Source: Lama guanicoe
Taxonomy: Eukaryota
Reading direction: 5' to 3'
Length of the DNA: 64,000 nt
NCBI GenBank assembly: GCA_013239625.1
Contig: MU054212.1
Span: forward strand, 9,844,898 to 9,908,897
Made by a program: the position numbers and the translations under genes. The notes beneath the pieces are model-generated. The model was given only the letters and a program-made list of their open reading frames with translations. It ran no database searches and was not told the origin of the DNA. Below are positions 37,241 through 49,536 of this stretch, piece after piece. Position 1 is the first letter of the stretch; each line of letters begins with the position of its first letter.

Positions 37241-40200
37241 GCTAGCTAGTGAGGGATGGGAACATAGATTCCGGGATCTCCCAGCCAAAGAATGTTCTAA
37301 AATGTAAAAGTTGGGCTGTTCCTTTTGTGTGCATACCTTCCCCTTTACAGCATCTCCTACCGTCTGGTCCATCCACCAAGGGGTTGGCCGTCTGGGGAGA
37401 GGAGCCCAGTGGCAGAGGTGGGGAGGGTGAGGAGAGGGTAGCTAGGTGGAGGGGAATCTGAATTCCCTCCCACCCCAGGGCCCTGGGCAGGGGCAGACCC
37501 TGTGAGTGGCCTCCAAGGATTCCAACATGGCCACCATGATTGAGCAAGTGAGGTTTAGAAGCCAATAGGCAGCAGTGGCCAGTCAATTCAAAGAAGGACC
37601 ACCATAGCACCACACCTGTAAAAGACACTTGGTACTTCTCATCTTTTCTATCCTAACACATGAGGGGTGGGGGTGGGGGTGGGGTGAGTAGGAAATGTCC
37701 CAAGAGTAGACCAAGCTCCCCTTCTCATCTCTTTGTCCTTTAGGCCAGACCCTGGCCGGCATCAAAGGAAGGGAGGAGACGATGCTTTGTTGGATATATG
37801 ATGGAGTTCTGAACAAGGCTCAGCGCACTTGCACTTTTTTCATAAATCGGAAGTGATTAGCCAGCAATGAGATATGCCTGGGTTGTCATTAAGGGTGGGA
37901 AAGGGGACTTGATGGGGCCTGTTTGAAAACAGGGATAGGGAAAGGCAAATCATTTCACGTCTGTGCCCTCTGAGTTCCAGCTGCTCAATGGGCCGATTAC
38001 CTTCTCTTTTCCACCCATCCATCAAGTGGAGGGAATATGAAAATGGAATATGTCCTTAGATGAGATTTCTCTTCTTCCCGTTCTCTTGGGCATGTTTTGC
38101 TTGTGTCTGCACTCCCTGGTTTTGGCCAAAAGAAAAAGACCCAGATACTGCCAGGTCGGCTGTTCTTCCCGAATGAGCTACTCAGCACCGGAAGGTCCAG
38201 ACGTGGAGGGAGGGAGGTAGGGAAGGAGGGAGAGAGAGGGAGGACAGCTGGCAGGGACAGAAGGGGGAAAGGGGCAAGGTGTAAGGGTCAGAGGGGAGAG
38301 AAAGAGGTGGGAAGAGCAGGAAGACGGGGAGGGAGTAGCAGGTAGGGGAGCCTGGGAGAAGATTGGAGGGAAGGGGTGAGAAGGGGGTCGGGGAGACGCA
38401 GGGGTTTTGGGGTCAGAGCTGCAGCAGCTTCGTGCCAGGACTGCTGCCCAGCCGGCTGCTGGAACATCTGCATCCTGGTGGGGGTGTTTCCAAATGGAGC
38501 TGCCTCTTCCCTGGATTTCTTCCCCACACATTCATGAGCCTGCGCCCTTCCGGCCCTCCCACGGTGCTTGCTTTTCCTCTTACTAATCAGCAACCCGTGC
38601 CCAAACAGCTAAATCAGCTCTGAACCTGGGCAACGGGTGAGCAGGTGGGGCAACCCTAGGGTCAGCTGGGGGAAGAGGTGTTTGCTCTTGGACATCACAA
38701 TTTCAGGCACAGGAGGAGCTGACTGGCTGCATCAAGGCTGCCCTGATCTCCACTTGAATAGCTGAGTTTATGAAAAGAACATGGAAATGGGGGTCAGGGT
38801 CTGGGGGGCATGGTCTTGGTGAGCTGTGAGCCTTCTTGAATGTCAGTGCCATCATCTGTAAATAAGGAGCAGAATTCCCTTCCTGATGACTTTGGGAAAA
38901 AGATATTTCATAAATCTTGTTTCAGCATCCCTTGCTATCTGGTGCCTGAGTTTGGATAGAGAGGGTTCAGATGGAAGTGGAAAGCTCTCATCCTCTCCTC
39001 AGTGCCTTTCATCTTGCTGCTGTGGCACCTCAGGCCTGTGCTGGGGTCTGGCCAGAGGGGTCCCTGCGGTGGTGCCCTTCCTGGGGGAGTGCCAGATGGT
39101 TTTAGGTGTCAGGGCCAACCTTCAGTCCCTGAAGGAGGAAAAGCTTGTCCTCTAGGCCTTCCAGGCTTCTATGGTGGCCTCTTAGTCTCTTCCGGAGTCC
39201 TTCATCCCCTGGTGTCATCCTCGGGCATCCGCCCCACTCTCCCTCTCAGCCGACAGATAATTATTCTCTGCAAAGCTGCCACAAGACCTGGAAGGTTCTA
39301 ACTGTTAATTTGATGAAAAGAGTTTCTGGTTTAGCTCTTCCCTGGGACATTTCACCTGCTCTTTCCCCAGGTGGCTCTTCTCCTGGTCCTTCCTTTCCCT
39401 CCTCCGCCCCCTTCTTTTCCTGACTCCCATGAAGATGTTCTGGCCACGCTGGACCACCTCCTGTGGTCTTACTTCTATGCGAGGGTGGGAGGTGAATCTC
39501 AGGGGACCCATTCAGCTTGGCGAGTGGGGAGGGGTCGGAGAAGGGGATAGACAAAGCTCAAACCTTGGTCTGCCCCTAGAAGGGCCCCTGTAATTTACCA
39601 TCCAGGACTGGCCACAGCCAGACTCTGCTGAGGTCATCCTTGTAACCCCAGCTGGCCCCTCCTGATCCTCCAGCCCTTGGGAGCTCTCCCTCCCTCAGGC
39701 CCCCTGCTCTCACCCATCCTGTGCAGACCCTCTCTGGGGGCAGTGATGGTGGAGTTAGGATGCTACTCTCTCTGCAGCCTTGCTGGTTTGTGGGAATCTA
39801 AACTAAATCAAGGAAGGTCCCGGCCTCTTTCAGGGTTAGGTTCACACGACCCCTTGAAATCACCTGTTTTTATTCTAGTTTTGGTCTCCTCAAAGCTCTG
39901 CATGGACCCAGAGTGTTTATATGTATCCTCAGATGAGCAGTGGGACTTGGGGTAGACACTGGAAGGGTGTGTCTGAACATTGAGGAGGCTCCACAGATGG
40001 TCCCTGGAGAGGGGATTGACTTTGGGATCCCGGGATGAGGGATGCAGTGCAGGCTGACATGTAATTAGATGCTTTGGGTGTGTTTATATGAGTTCACGCG
40101 AGGTAAATCCCAAACATCAAAGTGGACCTACAGGCAGGAAGGGGATTGCCACTTGCTAAACACCTGCTACGTGATGTTTGATGATCCACCTGCCCCTCAC

Positions 40201-40777
40201 TATACTCCTGCTAGGTGAGTGCTGTTAATGCCCTTTTACAGGTGAGGACACTGGGGCTTAGAAAGATTATGAAAATAGCAAATGGCAGAGCTGGGATTTT
40301 AGCCGGGAATATTAAGGGAAATTTGGCATGTTCGATCCTGACTGCCTTGGGGGACTGTGAGGAGGGGGACATCTGGGTACTGCTTGTCCTCTGCTCCCAG
40401 GGGCCCCCCATTACTCCCCGAGCCAAATACTTGTCGCTTCTCAAAGCCAGTTCCAGACTCAGCCCTGCGGGGAAGGTCCCCCATTTCTGCTTCTCACGAG
40501 CTCTCCTTGCCATCTGCCGTCTTGGGCTGCCACAGTGCGCACAGGGAGAGCAGAGTGAATTCATTCTCCATGTTGGGCTCCTTCCTCTGTCGGGAGGGGT
40601 TCCTGGTTGGCTCAGATGGGGCCTTCAAAGTGACACTCCCTCCCCACTCTTGCCCTTGTCTGCACTGATGGAGAAACCCATTAACAAGTATAGCTAAACC
40701 ACAGGGACTTCTGGGCTCTCTGAGATGAATTAGCTTTGTCTGGAGGCGGGGGCAGGGAGGATCCCTCTGCCTGAAGG

Positions 40778-41220
40778 TGTAACCTCACATGACCCATCTC
40801 CTCTGCTGCAGCTCCTCTCTGAAGTACCCAGACAACAGTGTCTCATGTATATTTCCTGAGTTTTTCAGATGCTAAAAACCACCGCCAAAGGGAAGAAATT
40901 AACTACTTGATGATCCAGAGGCAGTGGCCCCCAGACCTTCTGGCACCTAGGAGTTGATAGTGTTGACCACCCTGTGACTTCAACATCAACCAATCAGAGA
41001 ATTGTGCACGAGCTGATCATGCACCCTGCGACCTCCCTCTCTTATCTGGCCTTTAAACACGCTTTGCTGAAACCCTTCGGGAATTTGGGGTTTTCTAGGG
41101 CGTGAGCCACCCCATCCTCCTTGCTCGGCCCTGCAATAGACCTTTCTCTGTTCCAAACTCAGATGCTTCAGTTTGCTTGGCCTCAGATGTGTCAGGCACA
41201 TGAACCTGCCTTCGGTAGCA
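40778..41220 (+). mobile_element. ERV1-class solo LTR (MER41-like, cetartiodactyl type)
   Basis: TGTAACC...GGTAGCA termini; CCAATCAGAGAATTGTGCACGAGCTGATCA, TTTAAA (TATA-like) and CAATAGA (decayed poly(A) signal) in LTR order. 4-bp TSD AAGG/GAGG. Confidence 0.8.
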
Positions 41221-41446
41221 GAGGTGCTTAGCTGGATCCTGACTGGAGACAGCGCAGTCTGGAGACTGGCCCGTCGCCTACATGGCCTCAGGCTGCCACA
41301 GACAGGCCTGCTCGCAATCCAACATCCCCATCCTCAGCACCAGCCAGCTTCCGGGGTTCCTTCCTTCCCCTCATCTGTGTACCCCAAGCAAACTGGAATG
41401 TGGGGCTGGTGAGTAAATGGGGTCACATTCACTATAGCTTCTTGTT

Positions 41447-42102
41447 TTTGTTTGTTTGCTTGTTTGTTTTAGTATTTTCATAATCTCTTTTATTTAATTG
41501 ATGAATAGTCAGTTACGATGTGTCAGTTTCTGGTGTACAGCATAATGTCCTGGTCATACACATACATACATATATTTGTTTTCATATTCTTTTCCGTTAG
41601 AGGTTATTATGAGATATTGAATATAGTTCTCTGTGCTATACAGAAGAAATTTCTTTTTTAATCTGTTTCTATATATAGTGGTTAATATTTGCAAATCTCA
41701 GACTCCCAAATTTATCCCTTCCCACCCCCTTTCCCTGGTAACCATAAGATTGTTTACTATGTCTGTGAGTCTGTTTCTTTTGTAGATGAGTTCATTAGCA
41801 TCCCTTTTTTTTTTAAGATTCCACATATGAGTGACATCATATGCCATTTTTCTTTCTCTTTATGGCTTACTTCACTTAAAATGACAATCCCCAGGTCCAT
41901 TCATGTTGCTGCAAATGGCATCATTTCATTCTTTTTTTTTAATCACCGAGTAGTATTCCATTGTATAAATATACCGCAACTTCTTTATCCAGCCATCTGT
42001 TGATGGACATTTCAGTTGCTTGCATGTCTTGGCTATTGTAAATAGTGCTGCTATGAACATTGGGGTGCAGGTGTCTTTTCAAATTAGAGCCCCCTCCGGA
42101 TA
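41447..42102 (-). mobile_element. Young LINE-1 3' fragment
   Basis: Antisense 3' UTR plus ORF2 end (...CATGTTGCTGCAAATGGC...GCTATTGTAAATAGTGCTGCTATGAACATTGGGGTGCA). 17-bp TSD with 2 mismatches: CACTATAGCTTCTTGTT (41430-41446) / CACTGTAGCCTCTTGTT (42103-42119). Confidence 0.93.
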
Positions 42103-43173
42103 CACTGTAGCCTCTTGTTGATGCTCGCAGACATCCTTCTACCAAGACCCTCAGCTTCCCAAATGGTATTTCATATGCATTTTCCTATATATCAGGTGAG
42201 TGGCCTCACAGGGTCCCGCCCGGTTACACCTCCAGGCAGAGGGATCCTCCCTGTTCTCGCCTCCAGACAAAGGCCCTCCAGACAGGGCACTGCTGTCACC
42301 ACTGTCAGGCACTCCTGCTTCTTCTTGGGCACTGCTGCCTTCTCTGCTCAGACCCATGCCCACCTTAACCCTCCTGTCCCACGTACCCCCATGATCTGCC
42401 ACTTGGCACCACTGCTGCCGTGGCCACCTCCTCTATGGCCCAGGTGACACTAGGGACTGAAGTCGTGTGTAGTCAACATGTCAGAGGATGCCTCCCTGCC
42501 CCTTTGGGTGACATGTTTTTGATGGGGGTCACAAGTAGAAGCTTGTGCTGTGATGCCTGGAGGCATCACATTTTGGGTGAAGTGGCATTTCTGAGTTTTA
42601 CTTGGAGCCTCTTTTCCGCTTGGGGCTGAGACATGGCTGGATGGGGAGGGGCGTGTGAGGGCCGAGATCATGCGGCCTCAGTGTGACTATGACCTTTCTC
42701 CACCAACCACTTCTGCCCTGTTCCTGGGCCAAGCTTGCCTTCCTGACTCCTGCTTATTTTTTAAAAAAGAGGGTTCTCTCCCGGGAAGCTGCTTAGCCCC
42801 TCGTGAAACAGAGGCTAGAGGGGTTCAACTCACCTGGTTTCCAGACCTGGCTTGATCCCAGCAAGCCGAATTGGGGAACCTGCCACCCTGACTCCATCTG
42901 CCTCTTTATCATCTCCTCTGTGTTCTTCCTGCCTCCAGACCTGCATTGTGCCCTCTCTCCTGCCCGGAGCAAGTACAGATGCCAGGCGTGTGTGGTGATG
43001 GCCGGTGGCAGCTTCTCTTCTCTCCAATTGGCCACATCTTTCAAGGCCCAGCTGAGTTCCCACCACCTCGGAAGCTTCCCCTGCTTAGTCAGCCAGGCAC
43101 CACGGCTCCTTCTGGTCAACTCCCACACCCCTTAGTGGGAACCACCTCTACAGTCATGTGACCACCTTACCCC

Positions 43174-43528
43174 TGCTATAGACAGGATATTTGTGCCCCT
43201 CCAAATTCCTATGTTGAAACCTAATCTCCCATGTGATGGTATTTGGAGGTGGAGCCTTTGGGAGGAGATTAGGTCACGGGGGTGGAGCCATCATGAATGG
43301 GATTAGTGCCCTTAAAAGAGGTGCCCGAGAGCTTCTTGCTCCTGCCACTGTGTGAAGACACAGCAAGAAGATGGCTGTCTATGAAACATGAAGCAGGCTC
43401 TTAAAAGACACTGAACCTACCCTTGGTCTTGGACTTCGAGCCTCCAGACTGTAGGCAATACATATTTGTTGTTCAGAAGCCACTCAGTCAACGGTACCTT
43501 GTTACAGCAGCTTGAACAGATTAAGACA
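43174..43528 (+). mobile_element. MaLR solo LTR (MLT1A-like)
   Basis: TGCTATAG...CCAAATTCCTATGTTGAAACCTAATC...ATGAATGGGATTAGTGCCCTTA...TTGTTACAGCAGCTTGAACAGATTAAGACA. TSD ACCCC/TCCCC. Confidence 0.9.
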
Positions 43529-45409
43529 TCCCCCAAGCTGTTCTTTACCTGGTGTCACCTTCTCCCGTCTACACTGGGTGGCCCTTGAGGTCTTGGAGTA
43601 CAAGCAGTTGGCTTCTCTTGCTTGCTGCTTGGCTGGGGCTCAGCAAACCTTTGATGCCTGATTGAGTAAAAGCAGGGACATGCTTGATGTGCTCTTGGGA
43701 GGTCCTGGTAGCCCAGTTCCCAGTAGTGATTAGCCCTTTTCTTTGTGCTGCCCTAAAATCCTGACTTGGTTAATTAAGGCTCACTAAGAAGCCTGGGGAA
43801 CGGGCATCTTCTGTTCGCAGACCACACTGTGTTCCGTCCTGCTCTCATCCCCTAAGCCACCTGGTTGGCAGCCCTAAAAGCAAACGTGTCTGCGGGTTCC
43901 TTCCAGGTGTGGCCACTCCACCTCCGAGGAGGAAGATTTAGTTGTATGGATTTTGGCCAAGGTTTAAAACCCGCAATAAATAACAAAAAAATTCAGTCTA
44001 CCATTCTGCATATTTTATAACTCAGTCTAATAAAGAAATAATCCAAGATGGCACCTGCTAAGAAAACTTCGTTTATTGAAATATGACTGTAATATAGGAA
44101 AGATGGCTAACGCACTAGGCCGTGGGATATTAATACTCTACACTTCAGCTGGTGTGTTTAAAAGAAGTCTCTCATGTATTTTATTTTATTTTATTAGGAG
44201 CCATATCATTAGCTTTTAAAGACATTGTGAGTGAGAGAGAGAAGAAAAGAGATTTGAACTATTAAAAAAAAATTAAATTCTCGGCAACTCAACCTGCCTT
44301 TATCTACAGATGAAACAAACAAGCCAAAAGAAAGGGGGGGGGCTTTTTTCATAAACATTTTTTTTCCTGGCTGGGATATTAGGACAGTATATTAAATTCC
44401 CCCAAAAGGAGGCCCTAGAACTATTTACATAATAATATCTCCACTGTGGTTGTGACAGATGGGCTTCACTGACGCAGACATACTGTTAGGGGCTTAGCAA
44501 TAGATTAAAAAAACCACCACAATACTGTGTAACATAATAAAAGTGTATTGTAATGTACACCATAACTTGTGGCCAAGGTTAAATTTGCAGTCGGAGTATG
44601 AAAGTCGTATTCCATTATACAAAATAGATGTTACACGGAAAAGCATTAAAGATGAGTTGACTCAACCATTTATTTTTAGTTTATATTTTATTCTATTTTC
44701 CTTGGCCCCATTTATGCACTATTTTTTTTAATCACACAAAATGACATCGTTACCCCTTACCTGCCCCCACCTCGGAGTAAGGGGCAGCCTGGGATCTACG
44801 GACTTTCTTAGTTTTGTGGATTCATGTTTCTTGGGGCCCTGAGACTTGGCTCTGCTGGAGAATGGCTGTTTGTGTGCTTCCTTTTTTGCTTTATTCGATG
44901 CTTCTTGATGGTGCTGAGATGAGCAGTGGCCTCTGAGGGTGGCCTCTTTTGGTTTATGGGGAATCTTTGGAGACAAGGGATAGTTCCAGGGCAGTGTGGC
45001 CATCCAGAAGTGACAGGGACATGAGAGCAGAGACCAGTGGGATGCATCCCACAGAGGAGGAACTGTGAATACCTTTCCGGGCAACCCCACCTTTTTGTCC
45101 AGGTCTTGACCACCAATTTCACTCAAAGGTCCTATCCCCTTGAACCCACCCTCTGTCCACCAGCATGCATGCCAAGATGTTGGGTGAAGGGGGAGACACT
45201 CTCTTCACCTTGTGGGGAAGTATTTATAGGATGGGATATCTACTGAAGACATTTCATCCTCATCCACTGCCCTACATCTCCAAGCATCGTTCAGTGCCAA
45301 TGGAAACCAAGACATTTTTTTATGAATCACAAGATACTAAAATTTTGGAGCCAGAACAAGACATCTGTGCAAAAAAAAACCCAAAACAAACAAACAAAAA
45401 AACCTCTAT

Positions 45410-45540
45410 GTGCCTCATTTCTTTATCTGTAAAATGAGAGCCCTTTAGCTCCTATTTCTTGGGGGTAATTGTGAAGTTTTAATGGAAAAATATAAAGAGC
45501 TTAGCATATAGTAGGTACTTATTGAATATTAGATATTTTA
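45410..45540 (+). mobile_element. MIR
   Basis: GTGCCTCATTTCTTTATCTGTAAAATGAG...AAAGAGCTTAGCATATAGTAGGTACTTATTGAATATTAG. Confidence 0.7.
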
Positions 45541-48500
45541 TTTAATTAGTATAAAGATATTATCTCACTTAGAAATGATCTTCTGGAGACTAAACAGAGC
45601 AATTGAATAACTGTGTTTTCCCCTTCTGAACTCTCTCTCTCCCTGGGTCTCTCTTTCAAGCTAGAGATTAATCCTCCCCCCATTCTGCTTTCCCTTCCCT
45701 CCTTTCTTCCTTTCTTTTTGCATTGGTGTGTTCTGTTCTACCCTTTTGCTTTCTGCATGTCCAGTATTATCCACGATTCAAGCCTCCACTGAAATCTTCT
45801 CCCACCTCGGACTCACTGTTCACGCTTCCATCTTGACAAGCCCTGGCCTCCTCTGAAATCCAGGACAACTTGTATCTACTCATCTATTTGGTATCAATTT
45901 GCAGATGGCAGCTGGAGGGTGTCACGTCAGCTTCTGAGAGGAAGAACTCTGGAAAACCAGAGACATTTTGCAAGGAGGGAGTTCCATGTTGGAAAAAAAA
46001 GTTGAAACAGTGCCTGTAGCCCTTTGTGGGGATGCTAAAGTGTCCATTGCAGTATTGGAGGAGGCCAGAATTGTAAGTTTAAGAGATCAACTAGTCCATG
46101 CCTCACCTTCAAAATTTGAGGAAAGTGTCTATGGAAACTGAGGCCCAGGTGGACAGGTAGCTGCTCTGCCAAGGGTCCCACAGCTCATCAGTAAAGCTGG
46201 CTCCAAGCTTCAGCCAGTGGGCGAGTCCCCTCCCCACCCTCATGCCACCAGAGCTGTGGCAGGTGCGGAAATTGACCAGAAGACTTCTGAACTCCAAGGT
46301 GTCCACTGCTGTCTCGAGTTTTTCTTGTTGTCTTGAGTTGCCATTACTTAAGTTTTTGCTTACTGCTGCGTGGTCTTCTAACTGTTGTATATTTGACGAT
46401 GGCAGGACTGTATTACCTGCTTTTATGTGCACAGTACGTGTATTACCCAGGAAGACAAATTTTACCAACAGGTGGTCAAGGACTATCTGTTGACCCAACT
46501 TAATTGGTTGTAAACTAGTCTGAGTTAGTATCTTCACTTTGGTCAAAGCCAGCAGCCTCTGAGAAGACACCAGAGATTCGGTAGACAGCACAGACAGCCT
46601 CTCAGGACTCCATGGCAGCTTGGAGAATTTTAAGGCATGACTTAACGAGGGGATCTTCTCTCTGGGGCCAGGCCAAGATAGGCAGGAAAACAGAGGCGTT
46701 AGAGAGACTTCCTGTCCAGGATCAATGTTGAGTCTTGAGGTTCCAGGGACTTCTGGCTTTGGACTCAGATTGTACTGTCAGTTTACTATTTAACATTAGT
46801 TTTTTGACACTAGTTTTCTTCCATTATGAATCCACTTGATTTCACACAGACACACACTTCAGACTCCACCTGCATGCTCTGCAGGTGCCCTTCAGTCCCT
46901 CAGCAGGCTTGCACATAAGCGCTCGCCCAGCATGCACACGCACACACACATGCACACTCATAAGCACACCAGCCTTAGGAACGTGGAGGTCAGAACTGCT
47001 CTAGTTTGAGAGCAGTGAATGAATGAAGACTCAAGGTTGAGTTGATGTACAAGACCATTCATCAGACACCCAACAGGTAGCTCTAGAAATGACACTGGGG
47101 CACACTTGTCCCTTCTTCTCCCCTTTCCTGTCAATTTTCTATCAGCTCTAATATCCTTCAAGAGCTGGCATCCTTGCTTGCCTGTCATTTTCCTCTTCAT
47201 TCTTAGGTGTACCTTTATCCAGAGTCCGGTTGGGTCTAGGAATGCGGAAATTGGGAAAGGTCAAATTACCTTCATAATTTGCTTTGGTAATTTGTGGGGA
47301 GGTGGGGAGCTTCAAAAAGTTCCTTCTGCCCCAGGAGCCCTCTACCCTGACCATACGGTTTCCAGCTCCTTCTCTGAACTACTCCTGCCCTGATAACAGG
47401 AACCGCTCTGTCTGGGTTTGAATGATGTGCTGTCTAGTGTCCTTTTATTGGACAGAAAATCCAGGCAAGGGCCCTTTTCTTCTTTCCTTTAGTGCAGAAC
47501 TGGGTCCAGCTTAGTAAGTGCATGATGGATAGATAGACGGATAAACACAAAATTGTTAGTTTTCACAAAATCATTCTATTTGCTAGTCAAATCTTGATCT
47601 TAAATCATTTTTCCTAACTTCGATGACAAAGTCATGACTGAGGATTATGTTAGATAGGTCTGAGTCTCCACGAGGTAAGCAGCTCACTGAGTGCCACACA
47701 GATGGCTGTCAAATACCCAAAGCTGACATTTTTGCTCTGCACCTGTGGACAGACTTTGAACTGAGAAGAGTGGAACGGACTCAGTGAATGGAGATAGGGT
47801 GGGAAGCACAGGGTGGATTAGGGTGGGGTTAGATTCCCTTCCCACATTTCACCTTACCTTTTCCCCAAGAAGGTCTGATATGTTCCTCCCACACTCAAGC
47901 GAGGCAGCCCAGTGGGTAGAGCCTCTCCAGAGGATTTGAAATTCAAGGGTGACATGTGGATTGAAAGGGAAATACCTCCAGTAGTAGGACCTCAGGCACC
48001 TAAGGGCCAATGAAAGGACAGCTGGAGGCGGGGTGGATCGCTCCTAAGCACTTGAAACGATGCCGTGTGTTTGGAGCCTGGGCATAAAGCTATTTAATCC
48101 TAGCATCTCCTCCCTTTGCTGAACCCACTCCCCTCTGCCCTCTCCTGTCTGGCTCTTCTGCTCTCTGGCTTTCTTTTCAGGATGCTGTGTTGCTAGGCAA
48201 CTCTGGTCTGGTGCTGAGGTTCTCACGGAGGCGAGCAGCCTCTGTGCAGGGACAGGGTGTTTGTTGAAGCCCATGATTACAGGTGTCTGTGCGGAATGGA
48301 ACACAACAGTACCCCCCTCGTCGCCTCCCAGAGACAGGAAATGAGAGGTCTGGGCAAGGGAAGCAAAGCTTTCTCCGGCCACTTGTCATCTCCCCTTCCC
48401 ATTCTCCTGCTCCCCCCCACCACCAGCGGGACTTTTCTTCCACGCAGGCCCCAGAGTCCTCCTGTTGCTCTTGGCCTCCTAGTACCCCGCTCAGACCACA

Positions 48501-49269
48501 GTAATCTGGACCACCCAGGCCCTTATCACCACCTTGGAAGCTCCCTCAGCTGTTCCCCAATTAGGGGGTATTACACTCACTTAGACCTCCCTGGCTTAAC
48601 TTTGCCAAGTGTAACTAGGCCTTGGTTGGGGGAAGAGAATGCACGCCTTGAACCTGAAGAGGTGAAAGCTGGATTCATCTTAGTTGCGCTCCAGTGATGC
48701 AGGGGAAGGTATGTGTCTGTACACCGTTGGCCTGAGCTGTGGGTAGACTCCAGAGGAGTAGCGGCAATGTGGAAACTGAGTAGCGTTAAAGCTCAGAGGA
48801 CAACTTAAAGGACACTTTTCGCTTCAGTGGTTTAAGCGTAAATGATTACTAAGTTCGGACCTTGGGCTGGGTACCACCCCTCCTTGGTGCTGGGCATTCC
48901 TCAGGCAAGGAAACATTTAGTCTCTGATCTCACAGAGCTAATATTTATACAGGAGAAGAATGTCCACAAACAATAGACAATTAAACAAATAATGCTACTT
49001 CGGATGGTGTTTTTGACAGGTGCCTCCCAGAGGAACTGCCCTGCTCAGAACTGGGGAGGGGGGAGGGTGCTGGGTTTCCTCTGGGCAGTTTGCACCTTGG
49101 TATGAGGCCCAGGGCCCTGGAGCGTCTGGAGCCCATCACTGTGACATTTCCCAAAACAGCACTGGGTAGTCCTGGTGGCAGAGTTCAAGGTCAGGTCTGA
49201 TGGCACCGCCCAGGCTGACCCAGACTCCTGGGTGAAAACTGAGGCTGTGAGTCCAACGCAGCTCTGTGG

Positions 49270-49536
49270 AGAGCACGTGATCGAGACCTGGCCAATCAGA
49301 GCTCAGAGCTTAGTAAGGGTGGCGCGTGACCTAAGGTTAGCCAATCAGAGCCCACTCCCGCACTCGGTAGGAGGAGCTCTTTTTCCGCGGGAGCTGCCCA
49401 GCCGGCTGCGGCGCGCAGTCTTTGCTCCCCGTCAGGAGGGCGGAGCCAACCCGGAGGCGCGCGTGGAGCCGGGCCGAAAAGGCAGACGTCGGGTCTGAGG
49501 CCAGCGCGCCTTTGAACCTTTGAGTTTCAGAAGTCG
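49270..49536 (+). promoter_or_regulatory. CpG-dense Pol II promoter and putative first exon of an unidentified plus-strand transcript
   Basis: Densest CpG patch in the window. CACGTG 49274-49279 with CCAAT 49292-49296; CGCGTG 49323-49328 with CCAAT 49341-49345; TCCCGC 49356-49361; TTTTCCGCGGGA 49381-49392; GGGCGG 49438-49443; TTTGAA 49511-49516; donor CG|GTATGT at 49536/49537, followed by T-rich intron-like sequence. Confidence 0.72.

Noticed and set aside
46109..46591. 160-aa minus-strand ORF (likewise 40215-40697, 51591-52097, 61698-62195, 21789-22247)
   Set aside because: No recognisable domain and no convincing splice or start context. Some overlap repeat remnants, and the lengths are within chance for 64 kb across six frames.
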